64,000 bases of DNA, taken from assembly GCA_016712025.1 (NCBI GenBank), contig JADJRW010000012.1:95941-159940 (forward strand), in the 5' to 3' direction. Below are positions 1 through 10,892 of this stretch, in pieces (within the stretch, counting starts at the first letter, position 1; every line of letters starts with the position of its first letter). The position numbers were made by a program, and so were the translations under genes. Under the pieces are notes generated by a model, which ran no database searches, was not told where the DNA came from, and saw only the letters and a list, made by a program, of their open reading frames with translations. This DNA is from Flavobacteriales bacterium (lineage in GTDB: Bacteria > Bacteroidota > Bacteroidia > Flavobacteriales_F > PHOS-HE28).

Positions 1-34
1 TCTCGGCATCTAACGCGAACAAGCTTTCACGAGC

Positions 35-73
35 GAAGCCCTCGGCATGTTGCCGGGGGCTTCGTCGTTTTTT
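35..73 (+). terminator. Rho-independent terminator-like hairpin with T6 tract
   Basis: GAAGCCCTCGGCA-TGT-TGCCGGGGGCTTC forms a 13-bp stem (one G-T pair) at 35-63, followed by GTCGTTTTTT (T run 68-73). It would end a + strand gene lying left of the window. Confidence 0.55.
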
Positions 74-517
74 CGATGCATCAGGCATCACGTGGAGGGG
101 TGGGGGGATTTGTGGTTCGCGTTCCTCATCGCGAGCGCTTGCTCTGCAGGTGCTCCGGGTCGAAGTGATATGGTCGGGACATTCACCGCACCCGGGAACG
201 TAAACCGCTTGGATACGCTTGTACTCGATGGCAGTGGTAGAGGTACACCAGAACGTTGCACAGAAGCAACGGTACTTTCATCTAGGGGCGTTCCAGTGGT
301 TGGACCTTCGGTGAGGAACGGATCCTCCTGAAGGACTTTCTCGTCGTTGAGGATGACGCGTGCGCGGTCAGAGACCAAGTTGACCTGTCGCTCTTTGAAA
401 TGGACTGTTCATTCCCAGTGCGGATGCATGATGGAAGCCCCGGTTTCTTTGATCCGGATGAACGCGGTGTGGATCACTACGTCAAACTACACTGAGGACC
501 GCGCTTGCGCCAACAAG

Positions 518-541
518 AAAGCCCGGCGATGGCCGGGCTTT
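518..541 (-). terminator. Hairpin downstream of the 562..1536 gene
   Basis: AAAGCCCGGC-GATG-GCCGGGCTTT is a perfect 10-bp stem about 20 nt after the minus-strand stop codon. The U-tract is weak (CTTGTTGG). Confidence 0.4.
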
Positions 542-561
542 CGGAAAGGGGAGGAGGACCC

Positions 562-1536
562 TTAGAAGATGATCTTCTGCCTGCGAATGCGACTGCGGTA
601 CTTCTTGCTGCCGCTCTTGTACTTGTAGTTCTTGTGGTGCACCTGGATCTTCAGGAAGAGGTAGGCGTCCTTGTCGCTGGCATCGCCGCGCTGCTGGCCG
701 GCGCTGGTGGTGAACTCGCTGATGCCCGGTCCTGCACCGATGCTGGGATCGGCCATGTAGGCGCCTACCGGGCCGCTCTCCGCCGCGATGGCCGTGTTGT
801 CGTAGTACACGGTGCTCACATCGTCCAGATAGTCGGTCATCGTCATCGAATACTGCAACTCGATGCCCAGGCTCCACTGCTTGTTGATGGCCTTGCGAAT
901 GCCGAAGCCCATCGGCACGCAAAAGCTCAAATTGCTGTATTCCTGCGCGCCGCCCGGCATCCCTTGCCCTTCGGTATGCAGTGGCTGCAAGCGCACCCAG
1001 CTGTTGTTGAACTTGCCCTTGGGGTCGAAGTAGAAACCGCCGATGCCAACGAAGCCATAGAAGCCGATGCGCGACGCTTTTTGGCCTTTCACGCCACGTA
1101 GGTCATAGACGTGGCCGAGCTCTTCCCGGAAGAAGTGCAGTTCAAGCACGGAGCTCAACTCGAACACATCGCTTCGGAAGTTCAGGTTGCGGTTCCGTCG
1201 GAACTTCTCTTGGGTCAGGTTGTCATTCCCGGCCAGGATGCCGTAGGTGAGCGAGGTGCGCACCGCCATGCGCTCGAAGATGTGGTAGCGCCAGCCCAGG
1301 CTCACCGAAGGACGGGTCTGGCTGAACTCCAGGTCCCAGAGGAAGGAAGTGCCGATCTGGTCACGACCGCCGAGCTCGCCCAGGAAGTTGGCGATACCGA
1401 TCCCGAACGTGATCTCGTTGCGGTGCGTCTTCCAGTAGTTCGACTTGCGGAAATATTGGGCGTGCAGTGGTGCGGCCGCCATGCAACAGAAGAGGAGAAA
1501 TGCCCAGAATGTGCGGAGAGTGGAGGGTCCCTTCAT
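562..1536 (-). CDS. Putative outer-membrane beta-barrel protein (hypothetical)
   Basis: From ORF 562..1626. The internal Met gives the signal peptide MKGPSTLRTFWAFLLFCCMAAAPLHAQ. Gly/aromatic-rich alternating segments and a C-terminal Phe (..RRQKIIF) fit an OMP. No named family recognised. Confidence 0.55.
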   Translation of the reverse strand: MKGPSTLRTFWAFLLFCCMAAAPLHAQYFRKSNYWKTHRNEITFGIGIANFLGELGGRDQIGTSFLWDLEFSQTRPSVSLGWRYHIFERMAVRTSLTYGILAGNDNLTQEKFRRNRNLNFRSDVFELSSVLELHFFREELGHVYDLRGVKGQKASRIGFYGFVGIGGFYFDPKGKFNNSWVRLQPLHTEGQGMPGGAQEYSNLSFCVPMGFGIRKAINKQWSLGIELQYSMTMTDYLDDVSTVYYDNTAIAAESGPVGAYMADPSIGAGPGISEFTTSAGQQRGDASDKDAYLFLKIQVHHKNYKYKSGSKKYRSRIRRQKIIF

Positions 1537-1680
1537 GCAGCGATGCACCGTTCTTCCCAAAGGTATCCGTTCGGTCGGAAAAACACGTCTTGATGGTTCG
1601 GTTCCTATCCTCATAGACCTGTTCACCGTCGAACGGTTGCCTTCATACGGGCAGAACGCTTGTGGGTTCCCCCCCTCGGA

Positions 1681-2214
1681 TCACCGTCCTGCCAACCACC
1701 ATAGCACTATGCCGGCGCACACGCTCACGTTGAGCGAGTGCTTGGAACCATGTTGTGGGATCATCAGGCAACCATCGCAAGCGGCGATCACCGCCTCGCT
1801 CACACCGTTCAGCTCATTGCCGAAGACCAAGGCCAGCGGCCAATCCACAGGTCGTGCTACCTCTTCGAGCGGCCTAGCGTGAAGGGTTTGCTCCACAGCG
1901 AGCACCATGTATCCAGCGTCCTTCAGGGCATGAATGGCTTTCAGCGCGTCAGGTGCGTGGCTCCAGGGAACACTTTGGGTGGCTCCCAGTGCGGTCTTTT
2001 CGATCTCGCGGTGTGGCGGCACCGGGGTGAACCCGCACAATACGATGCCTTCTATACCGAATGCGTCCGACGTTCGGAAAATGGATCCCACATTGTGGCG
2101 GCTACGTACATCTTCCAGCACGACGCGGACCCGCCTTCTCGACGATGGTCCGTACTCCAACGTACTTACCCGGCCAAGCTCTTCCATGGACAGTTTTCGG
2201 TCGTCAGCGGGCAT
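1681..2214 (-). CDS. SpoU/TrmH-family RNA 2'-O-methyltransferase
   Basis: Motifs HNVGSIFRTSDAFG, LVFGNELNGVS and IPQHGSKHSLNVSVCAGIVLW are typical of the SPOUT class. Confidence 0.85.
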   Translation of the reverse strand: MPADDRKLSMEELGRVSTLEYGPSSRRRVRVVLEDVRSRHNVGSIFRTSDAFGIEGIVLCGFTPVPPHREIEKTALGATQSVPWSHAPDALKAIHALKDAGYMVLAVEQTLHARPLEEVARPVDWPLALVFGNELNGVSEAVIAACDGCLMIPQHGSKHSLNVSVCAGIVLWWLAGR

Positions 2215-2315
2215 GGGGAGAAGGTGTGGAAAAAGGAGGGGGATGGGGAGGGATCGGCCGCAGGGTGCGGCTTACCTTTCCAGGCTGGCGAAAATAGGAC
2301 GGCCGGCAAGGGAAG

Positions 2316-4960
2316 ATGGCCAAACCCGCACGGAGCGAAACACCGTTGATGCAACAGTATCAGCGGATCAAGGGGCAATACCCGGATGCCCTGCTGCTGT
2401 TCCGCGTGGGCGACTTCTACGAGACCTTTGCCGAGGATGCGGTTCGGACCGCGCGGATCTTGGGCATCACCCTTACCAAGCGCAACAACGGCGCTGCCGG
2501 TGAAGTAGCCTTGGCCGGGTTCCCTTACCATGCCCTGGATACCTACCTGCCCAAATTGGTCCGTGCGGGGCATCGGGTGGCAGTGTGTGATCAACTGGAG
2601 GATCCCAAGCTGGCCAAGACCATCGTGGAGCGTGGCGTTACCGAAGTGGTTACGCCTGGGGTATCATTCAGCGATCGGGTGGTGGACCACCGGCATAACA
2701 ACTGGCTCGCCGCGATCTGTTCCAGGGCGGGGCGTTACGGTCTCGCCTTTCTGGATGTCACCACCGGGGAGTTCCTTGTAGGCGAGGAAGGACCGGAAGG
2801 CGTGGCGCAGTGGATCGAGGGCTTCGGTCCCAGCGAGTTGCTGCACGCCAAGACGGAGTTGGATCCCCTGATAACCGGCCTCGTGAACGCACAGTATGCC
2901 TATGGGCTGGAGGAATGGGTCTTCACCGATGATCTTGCGCGGGAACGATTGCTCCGGCAGTTCGGCACAGCGAGTCTGAAAGGGTTCGGCATCGAGGAGC
3001 TTCCACTGGGTCAATGTGCTGCTGGTGCCGTGCTGCACTATTTGGGGGATACGCGCCACGAGCGCCTCGCCCACATCACGTGCATCGCGCGGTTGCAACC
3101 CAAGGCGCATTTGGGCTTGGACCGCTTCACTCTGCGCAACCTCGAAGTGGTGGCACCGGTGAGCGAAGGTGCCCGCACTTTGTTGGAAGTGCTGGATCAT
3201 TGCGCCACACCCATGGGTGCGCGGGCGCTGCGGCGCTGGCTCACCTTCCCACTTGTGGACCGCGCGGCGATCGATCGGCGCTTGGACGTGGTCGCGGCGT
3301 TCGTGCGTGAGAGTGCGCAGGTTGATGCGTTGAGCCCCCACCTCGCAGCGATCGGCGATCTGGAGCGCCTTGCCGGCAAGGCGGCGGCCGGCCGGGTCAA
3401 TCCTCGGGAATTGCAGCAGGTGCGCGCCGCCTTGGAAGCGGCCGAACGGATCGCGGATGGGCTGCGGCCCGGGGATGGGGCGCTTTCCGCACTGGCCGAA
3501 GGGGTGCGTTCCGATCAAGTATTGGCAGCGGCCATCGCGCGCACCCTTGCAACGGACCCCCCGGTACAGATCCAGAAAGGGGGCGTTATTCTGCCGGGTG
3601 TCTCAGCGGAGCTGGATGAGGTCCGCCATGTCGCGAGCCATGCGAAGGACCTGTTGCTGGAGGCGCAGCAACGGGAGATCGAGCGCACCGGGATCCCTTC
3701 TTTGAAAGTCGGGTACAACAGCGTTTTTGGCTACTACTTGGAGGTGCGTAACACGCACAAGGGCAAGGTGCCTGCGGAATGGGTGCGAAAGCAGACCCTG
3801 GTCGGCGCGGAGCGATACATCACCGAGGAACTGAAGGCTCTGGAGGAGCGCATTCTGGGTGCCGAGGAAAGGATCCTCGGGCTGGAGCAGGAGCTTTTCG
3901 CCGGTCTGGTGCAGCAGGTCTGCGAGCGTATCGCGAGGGTTCAAGCCACCGCAGCGGCGATCGCCGAACTGGACGTATTGCGAAGCTTCGCGATCAACGC
4001 GTTGCGTTGGGGATACGTGCGTCCCATTTTCGATGAAGGCCATGCGATCGAACTGCGCGATGCACGGCACCCGGTGATCGAGCAGCGGTTGCCGCCGGGC
4101 GAACCGTATGTGGCCAACGACCTGCTCTTGGATCCCGATGAGCGCCAGCTTGTGATGATCACCGGCCCGAACATGAGCGGCAAATCCGCGCTACTTCGAC
4201 AGACAGCCCTCATCGTGCTCATGGCCCAAGCGGGGAGCTTCGTGCCGGCCACTGCCGCCCGGATAGGGGTGGTGGACCGCATCTTTACCCGGGTGGGCGC
4301 GTCGGACAACCTGAGCACAGGTGAGAGCACCTTCATGGTGGAGATGAACGAGACCGCCAGCATCCTGAACAACTTGAGCGCGCGGAGCCTGGTGGTGCTT
4401 GACGAGATCGGACGGGGCACCAGCACTTACGATGGTATCTCCATCGCCTGGGCCATCGCAGAACACCTGCATGAACACGCGGGTCGGCCGCGCACGCTCT
4501 TCGCCACGCACTACCATGAACTGAATGAAATGGCGGCCACCTTCCCCCGTATCCGCAACGCGAACGTGGCGGTGCGCGAGGTGGATGGCCGCGTGCTGTT
4601 CTTGCGCAAGTTGATGCCAGGGGCAGCGACCGCAGCTTCGGGATCCATGTGGCCCGTATGGCCGGCATGCCGCGCAGCGTGGTGGAGCGGGCCGAGAAGG
4701 TGCTGGCCCACCTGGAGCAAAGCCACGCTGGCGACTTGGGCGAAGAAACCCTGCCAAAGGCACAACGAGCTTCTACCACAGGGCTCGGCCGGGAGCCCCA
4801 ACTCAGCATTTTTCAGTTGGACGATCCAGCCCTGGAAGGCATCCGGGAGCAACTGGAGCGTATCGATATCGACACCCTCACTCCGGTGGAAGCCCTGATG
4901 AAGCTCAACGAGATCAAGCGGATGGTCGCTGGTCGGGAGCCCGCATTGCGCAAGGCCTGA
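2316..4960 (+). CDS. mutS: DNA mismatch repair protein MutS (frame broken once as assembled)
   Basis: N-terminus [30 protein letters not shown]; Walker A GPNMSGKS; [12 protein letters not shown]. The C-terminus (..[23 protein letters not shown]..) lies in ORF 4649..4960, one base out of phase. The switch is at G run 4620-4623. Confidence 0.9.
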
Positions 4961-4968
4961 AAACCCCG

Positions 4969-4998
4969 TTGCCAGAACCGGGCACGCTGCTATATTTG
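4969..4998 (+). promoter_or_regulatory. Bacteroidota-type promoter candidate for the tRNA genes
   Basis: TTG (4969-4971), a 19-nt spacer, then TATATTTG (4991-4998), which matches the TAnnTTTG -7 consensus. It sits 12 nt upstream of tRNA-Gly. Confidence 0.5.
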
Positions 4999-5009
4999 CA
5001 GCCTCTTAA

Positions 5010-5085
<76 letters not shown>

Positions 5086-5086
5086 G

Positions 5087-5117
5087 GATGCCTCCCCCAA
5101 GGAGGCATCGCTATTTT
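5087..5117 (+). terminator. Hairpin with short T tract between the two tRNAs
   Basis: GATGCCTCC-CCCAA-GGAGGCATC (9-bp stem) followed by GCTATTTTC. It could be a terminator or a processing structure. Confidence 0.35.
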
Positions 5118-5166
5118 CGGACGTTCTTGGCCGCCTTCGTCCGCCACCGGACTTTGGCGAGCCACT

Positions 5167-5254
5167 GCCCGGGTGGTGGAATGGTATACACGAGGGACTT
5201 AAAATCCCTTGGTCCGCAAGGGCCTTGCGGGTTCGAGTCCCGCCCCGGGCACCA
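5167..5254 (+). tRNA. tRNA-Leu (anticodon TAA), type II with long variable arm, CCA encoded
   Basis: Acceptor GCCCGGG/CCCGGGC, anticodon stem AGGGA/TCCCT with loop CTTAAAA, variable arm GGTCCGCAAGGGCC, T arm GCGGG-TTCGAGT-CCCGC. Confidence 0.9.
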
Positions 5255-5371
5255 CGTTGTTGGTCGTTCTAAGATCAAGAGCCCTTGAACTTGAAAGAGC
5301 AAGGCCTTCCCTTCAGGTGATCGCACCGGATCGCGCCCACCCCAAGCGGCTACCTGCACGCCGGGAACGCG

Positions 5372-6187
5372 GTGAATTTTCTGATAACCGAACACCTAGC
5401 GCGCGAGGTTGGAGCGACAGTGCGCCTGCGCATCGACGATCTGGATGCCGAGCGTGCGCGGCCGGAGTACCTGGAGGACATCTTCGGAACCCTGGCCTGG
5501 TTGGGGATCGATCCGGAAGAAGGGCCGCACGATCCCGAGGAACACCACCGAACCTGGTCACAGCGATTTCGCTTGCCGCGCTACCACGTACTGGCCGATG
5601 CCCTGCGCGCAGGGGGGCATCTCTACGGCTGCACTTGCTCGCGTCGTGATCGCACGTTGCTTCGACAGAACGAACGACCCATCTGTGCTTGCCGCGATCG
5701 ATCTTCAGGGCTGGATGATCCCCAAGCCACCTGGCGCTTGCGTGTTCCGGAGCATTGCCCGGTTCAGGTGCGGTCCATGTTCGGTGTGCAAGTGATCGCG
5801 GATCTTTATGATTTGATGCCGGATCCCGTGGTGCGGCAGCGCTCTGTTGCCCCGACGATCGGACGACCAGCGTATCAGTTGGCCTCGCTGGCCGATGATA
5901 TGGATCATGGCACCACCTTCATCGTGCGCGGACAGGACCTATGGCCTTCCACCGTTTGCCAGGTCTATCTGGCTGGGCTCCTCGGCATGCGCACCTTCCA
6001 ACAAGTGCGTTTCATGCATCACCCTTTGCTATTGGACGCTGCCGGAGAGAAGCTCTCCAAATCGGAGGGCGCGCTTTCGATCCGTGCGCTGCGCGAGCGG
6101 GGATCGGGCCCGGAAGAACTGCGCGCGATGGCCGATGTCATGCTCGCACGGATCCGAGCGGATGCACGCGGTGACCGTACCGATTGA
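5372..6187 (+). CDS. Glutamyl-Q tRNA(Asp) synthetase-like / truncated GluRS-family ligase
   Basis: Matches include LRIDDLDAERARPEYLEDIF..LAWLGI, CTCSRRD and a KMSKS-like GEKLSKSEGA. The ORF starts at GTG 5372, but family similarity (RIAPTPSGYLHAGNA, the HIGH-motif region) continues in frame up to the stop at 5318-5320 with no canonical start. Confidence 0.75.
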   Translation: MNFLITEHLAREVGATVRLRIDDLDAERARPEYLEDIFGTLAWLGIDPEEGPHDPEEHHRTWSQRFRLPRYHVLADALRAGGHLYGCTCSRRDRTLLRQNERPICACRDRSSGLDDPQATWRLRVPEHCPVQVRSMFGVQVIADLYDLMPDPVVRQRSVAPTIGRPAYQLASLADDMDHGTTFIVRGQDLWPSTVCQVYLAGLLGMRTFQQVRFMHHPLLLDAAGEKLSKSEGALSIRALRERGSGPEELRAMADVMLARIRADARGDRTD

Positions 6188-6985
6188 TCACGCCCGCAAC
6201 GCAGCGGGCTGCAAACGGATCACCCTTAGCGCGTGCAACACACGGATGATGGGCCAGGTGGGATCGAACTCCCACCATTTGATCGCGAAGTTGGCGCGTG
6301 CGCTGTTCGCGTGGTGGTTGTTGTGCAGGCCTTCGCCCATCACCACCAATTCCACGGGAAGCATGTTGCGGCTCGTATCCTTCACCTCGTAGTTGCGGTA
6401 CCCATACTTGTGCGCGTACCAGTTGATGATGGCGCCGTGCAGCGGACCCATCACGAAGTGCAACGGTAGAAGAAGGAACCACCAGTACGATGGAGCGAAC
6501 GCGATGTAGAAGGCGGTGTACAGCGCCATCCATGCGATCCGCGCGGGCCAGGTATCCGCGAAGTTCTCCATGGCGGGCCAGCTGGGCACGCCCTTCGTGA
6601 ACCGTTCCTCCAGATCCATCTTGCGGTAGAAGATATTGTGGTACACGGTTTTGGTGCGCCACATCATGCTGAACAAACTGGGGTCGTACTTGGGCGAATG
6701 CGGATCGTTCTCGGTATCGGCATAGGCGTGGTGCAGGCGATGCAACACCCCGTAAGCGTAGGGGCTCAGGTAACTGCTGCCTTGGGCGATGAAGGTCAGC
6801 ACATGGAACACCTTTTCCCAGAACGGGCTCATGGTGAACATGCCATGCGCCGCGTAACGGTGCAGGTAGAAGGTCTGCACGAACAGGCTCAGATACCAGT
6901 GCAGGACGAAGAAGATGAGGATGGCGGTCATGATCGGGAGCGCCGTAAATGTTGTGGGCGCGAAATTACGCAGGGTGGTTTCCAT
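6188..6985 (-). CDS. Acyl-CoA (delta-9-type) fatty acid desaturase
   Basis: Three His boxes are present: HRYAAH, HRLHHAYAD and HNNHH. There are TM segments at the N-terminus. Start set at the internal Met (METTLRNF) because the upstream gene ends at 7000. Confidence 0.85.
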   Translation of the reverse strand: METTLRNFAPTTFTALPIMTAILIFFVLHWYLSLFVQTFYLHRYAAHGMFTMSPFWEKVFHVLTFIAQGSSYLSPYAYGVLHRLHHAYADTENDPHSPKYDPSLFSMMWRTKTVYHNIFYRKMDLEERFTKGVPSWPAMENFADTWPARIAWMALYTAFYIAFAPSYWWFLLLPLHFVMGPLHGAIINWYAHKYGYRNYEVKDTSRNMLPVELVVMGEGLHNNHHANSARANFAIKWWEFDPTWPIIRVLHALRVIRLQPAALRA

Positions 6986-6999
6986 GCGCGGTCCTCGGT

Positions 7000-8261
7000 T
7001 CACAAGAACAGTACCTCCTTCCAGATAGCGGCCAATCTGGCCCAGGTCCACTCAGGACCGTCCCACGGCGCGGCATACAGCGTTGACATGCGCAGGTTGA
7101 GGTACACCAGAAAGGCAGCCATGGCGAAGGCCCCGATGCGGATCGGTGCGCGCGCATGGATCACTCGAGCGAGGAACAGCGCAAGGGGCAACGCAAAGAG
7201 TGCAAGATGGTCCACGAACCCACGGAACCCGTATGCCGCGCCCAACCACCAAGCCCACCAAGAGGCGTACACATACCAACTGATCACCATAGCATGAGCA
7301 CCGTGCGGGCGCCGGATCCTTGCGCACGGCACTGGATCACCAACGCGATCAGCGCGAACGCCATCAGAGGTGTATAGATCAGCCAGCCGTTCTGGTGGCT
7401 GACAAGGACATCCCAGAGGTGCGGGGCGCTCCAGTCGAAGCCCTCGCCTTTGGTGCCATAAGTGAACAGCAGCCACCGCCCGGTGATCATCTTCCAGTAG
7501 AGCAACTGGGGAATGAAGAACAACGCGGCGATGCCCATACCCAGCGCTGTTGCCCACGGCTTTCGCCACCACCACCGTAGGCGCTCCATGATCTCCTCCG
7601 TATTGCGCGTGCGCCACAGTAGCGGCACCAGAACGAACACCGCGTGCAATGGCCGCACAAGGATGAGCACTGCACCAACGGTGCATAGAAGGAGGTGGCC
7701 GCGAGCGGTCCAATGCGTTCGTTGCTCTTCGGTGATCAGAAGCAAGCAAGCGCCAAGCGCGAACGCGTAAGCATGTGACATGCCCGGTTCGTAGACGGCA
7801 TAGTAAAAAAGGTTGGTGGCGAAGACGAGGAGCAGCACAGCGAGCAATGCGGCAACCCCGTCAGTGGAGCGGAGCAGCACGCGCAACATGGCCTGCGCAC
7901 CGAGCGCGACATAGATCGCTGTGCCTAGGAACTGGGCCAAGGCATAGGGAGCCGAGTACCCATCCCGTGCAGTACCGACCACCCAGGCGCACAAATGACC
8001 GAGCAGGAAGAACGGGAGTTGCAGCAAAGCCACGCCGATCGTGAAGAGGCTGAGGCGCGAACCATCTTCAAGCACATGCACCCAAGGCAGGCCCCGCAGA
8101 TCACCAGCGAGGAAGGCCGCGGGAAGGAATTGGTAGTAGCCCAAACTGTCCGTGCGGATGCTGAGGAAGATGTCCAGCCGCTCACGATGCACCAGCCACG
8201 CGGTGGCGAAGAGCAGGACCCCGATCGCGGGCGCCAAAAAGTGAAGACGCGAACCGTTCAT
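7000..8261 (-). CDS. Polytopic membrane protein, possible glycosyltransferase-like (frame broken once)
   Basis: ORF 7284..8261 (many TM helices) continues as ..VISWYVYASWWAWWLGAAYGFRGFVDHLALFALPLAL.. in ORF 7000..7749. The frames meet near 7283-7292. The function assignment is weak. Confidence 0.5.
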
Positions 8262-8728
8262 GGGCGGGTGCGGGGCACTTCAGGAAGTAGGGCATGGTCC
8301 GGCGATGGCAGAAGTTCCTGCTCAAGAACCACTGGGATGCCGAGCACACCGTCGTGAATGCGGTAGCGGATCTCGCTCGCGTACCACACCTCGCCCTCGC
8401 GGGGCGCCATGCGCATGCGGCTTGGGAAATCCGCATAGGCGCCGTTCTCAAGATGTAGCAACAACCCGCTGAACTCGGCTCTCCGCTCAATGCCTAGGAT
8501 GCGGTGCCGCTCCTCATGCACTGTCCCGAACATGCGGTTGCCTGCCAGCAGGAGCATCACCGCAAGCGGAAGCACCCCGAAGAGACCGATCATCGCCGAA
8601 GCCCAAGGGCCGAACTTGTACTTGCGATCCAGAAGGAGGAGAACGAAAGCGGTGATCCCCACGATCGCACCGATCATCCGCAGCCAACCGTCCACGGTGA
8701 GCAAGGTGGGGAGCGCCAGGATGTACAC
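8258..8728 (-). CDS. Small membrane protein (hypothetical), start uncertain
   Basis: GTG start; two TM helices followed by a soluble domain. The hydrophobic frame (..FDRFHWSWLVPIWFLCLGA) stays open upstream without a start codon. Its stop overlaps the next gene start (8258-8261). Confidence 0.4.
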   Translation of the reverse strand: MYILALPTLLTVDGWLRMIGAIVGITAFVLLLLDRKYKFGPWASAMIGLFGVLPLAVMLLLAGNRMFGTVHEERHRILGIERRAEFSGLLLHLENGAYADFPSRMRMAPREGEVWYASEIRYRIHDGVLGIPVVLEQELLPSPDHALLPEVPRTRP

Positions 8729-8930
8729 CGCGCCCAGGCAGAGGAACCAGATGGGGACCAGCCAACTCCAATGGAACCGATCGAAAGGACCTTGTTCCGG
8801 CGCCGGTCGCTTTGTGACCGATACGGCCGGAAGGACGTCGGGTGGGAAGCATGGTCGCGATGGAGACCAATGTAACCAACGCAGGAAATGATGGAACGTA
8901 GCTGCGGTCTTGCGCCGCTCGGAACAAGGA

Positions 8931-10058
<1,128 letters not shown>

Positions 10059-10095
10059 CGGGAGTGTCGACCTGATGGGTTGACGCTAAAACGGT

Positions 10096-10755
10096 TCATT
10101 CGCCTACCACCACTTTGGCGTAGCGTATCACTCGGTCGTGCAGGGTGTAGCCTTGTTCCACGACATCGATCACCTTGCCCTTCAGGTCATTGTTGGGCGC
10201 GGGAGCCTTGGTGATGGCCTCGTGCCGATCGGTATCGAAGGGTTGGCCCGTGGCATCTTGGAGCGGTTTCACACCCTGGCTGCCGAGGATATGTAGCAGT
10301 TTGGTATGGATCAAGTGAAAGCCCTCCTTCACCACGGCGATGTCCTTGGTCTTGGCGTTGTTGGTAATGGCGCGCTCCATATCGTCCACCACGGGTATCA
10401 CGTTGCGCAGCACGTTCTCGCCAGCGAACTGGATCAACTCGAGCCGCTCTTTGGCGGTGCGCTTGCGGAAGTTGTCGAACTCGGCGTTCAGGCGGAGCCA
10501 GCGGTCCTTCAACTCGGCCGCTTCGGCGCGGCTGGCATCCAGCTGGCCTTGCAGCTCGGCGATGTCTTCGCGGCCTTGGGCATCTGCATCGTGCATCACA
10601 TGCTCGGCCGCAGCCTCGCTCGCCATGGACAGCGGATTGTCGCGGTCCTCGTTCTGCGTACCAGACATTGCCGGATCGGCAGTGGGCTGGGCATCGGTAC
10701 TGCCGTTGGGTCGTTCCGACATGGGTTTCTTGGACTTTTTGAAGAGCGCGCTCAT
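10096..10755 (-). CDS. grpE: Nucleotide exchange factor GrpE
   Basis: RLNAEFDNFRKRTAKE..VIPVVDDMERA..GYTLHDRVIRYAKVVV. It lies immediately upstream of dnaJ. Confidence 0.9.
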   Translation of the reverse strand: MSALFKKSKKPMSERPNGSTDAQPTADPAMSGTQNEDRDNPLSMASEAAAEHVMHDADAQGREDIAELQGQLDASRAEAAELKDRWLRLNAEFDNFRKRTAKERLELIQFAGENVLRNVIPVVDDMERAITNNAKTKDIAVVKEGFHLIHTKLLHILGSQGVKPLQDATGQPFDTDRHEAITKAPAPNNDLKGKVIDVVEQGYTLHDRVIRYAKVVVGE

Positions 10756-10836
10756 GGGTCAAGCCGTGTGCCAGTGCCTTGGTTTGGATCGGGGCGCGAA
10801 GGTCGGGGACTTTTTGGCAGGCGAGGGAGGGGGACG

Positions 10837-10868
10837 AACAAGAGAAAAGCCCTGCCAAGCAGGGCCTT
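10837..10868 (-). terminator. Rho-independent terminator after the TlpA-like gene
   Basis: Minus strand reads AAGGCCCTGC-TTG-GCAGGGCTTT followed by TCTCTTGTTCG. It begins about 25 nt after the stop at 10893. Confidence 0.5.
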
Positions 10869-10892
10869 CCTGGAAAGCACTTGCGTGGACGA

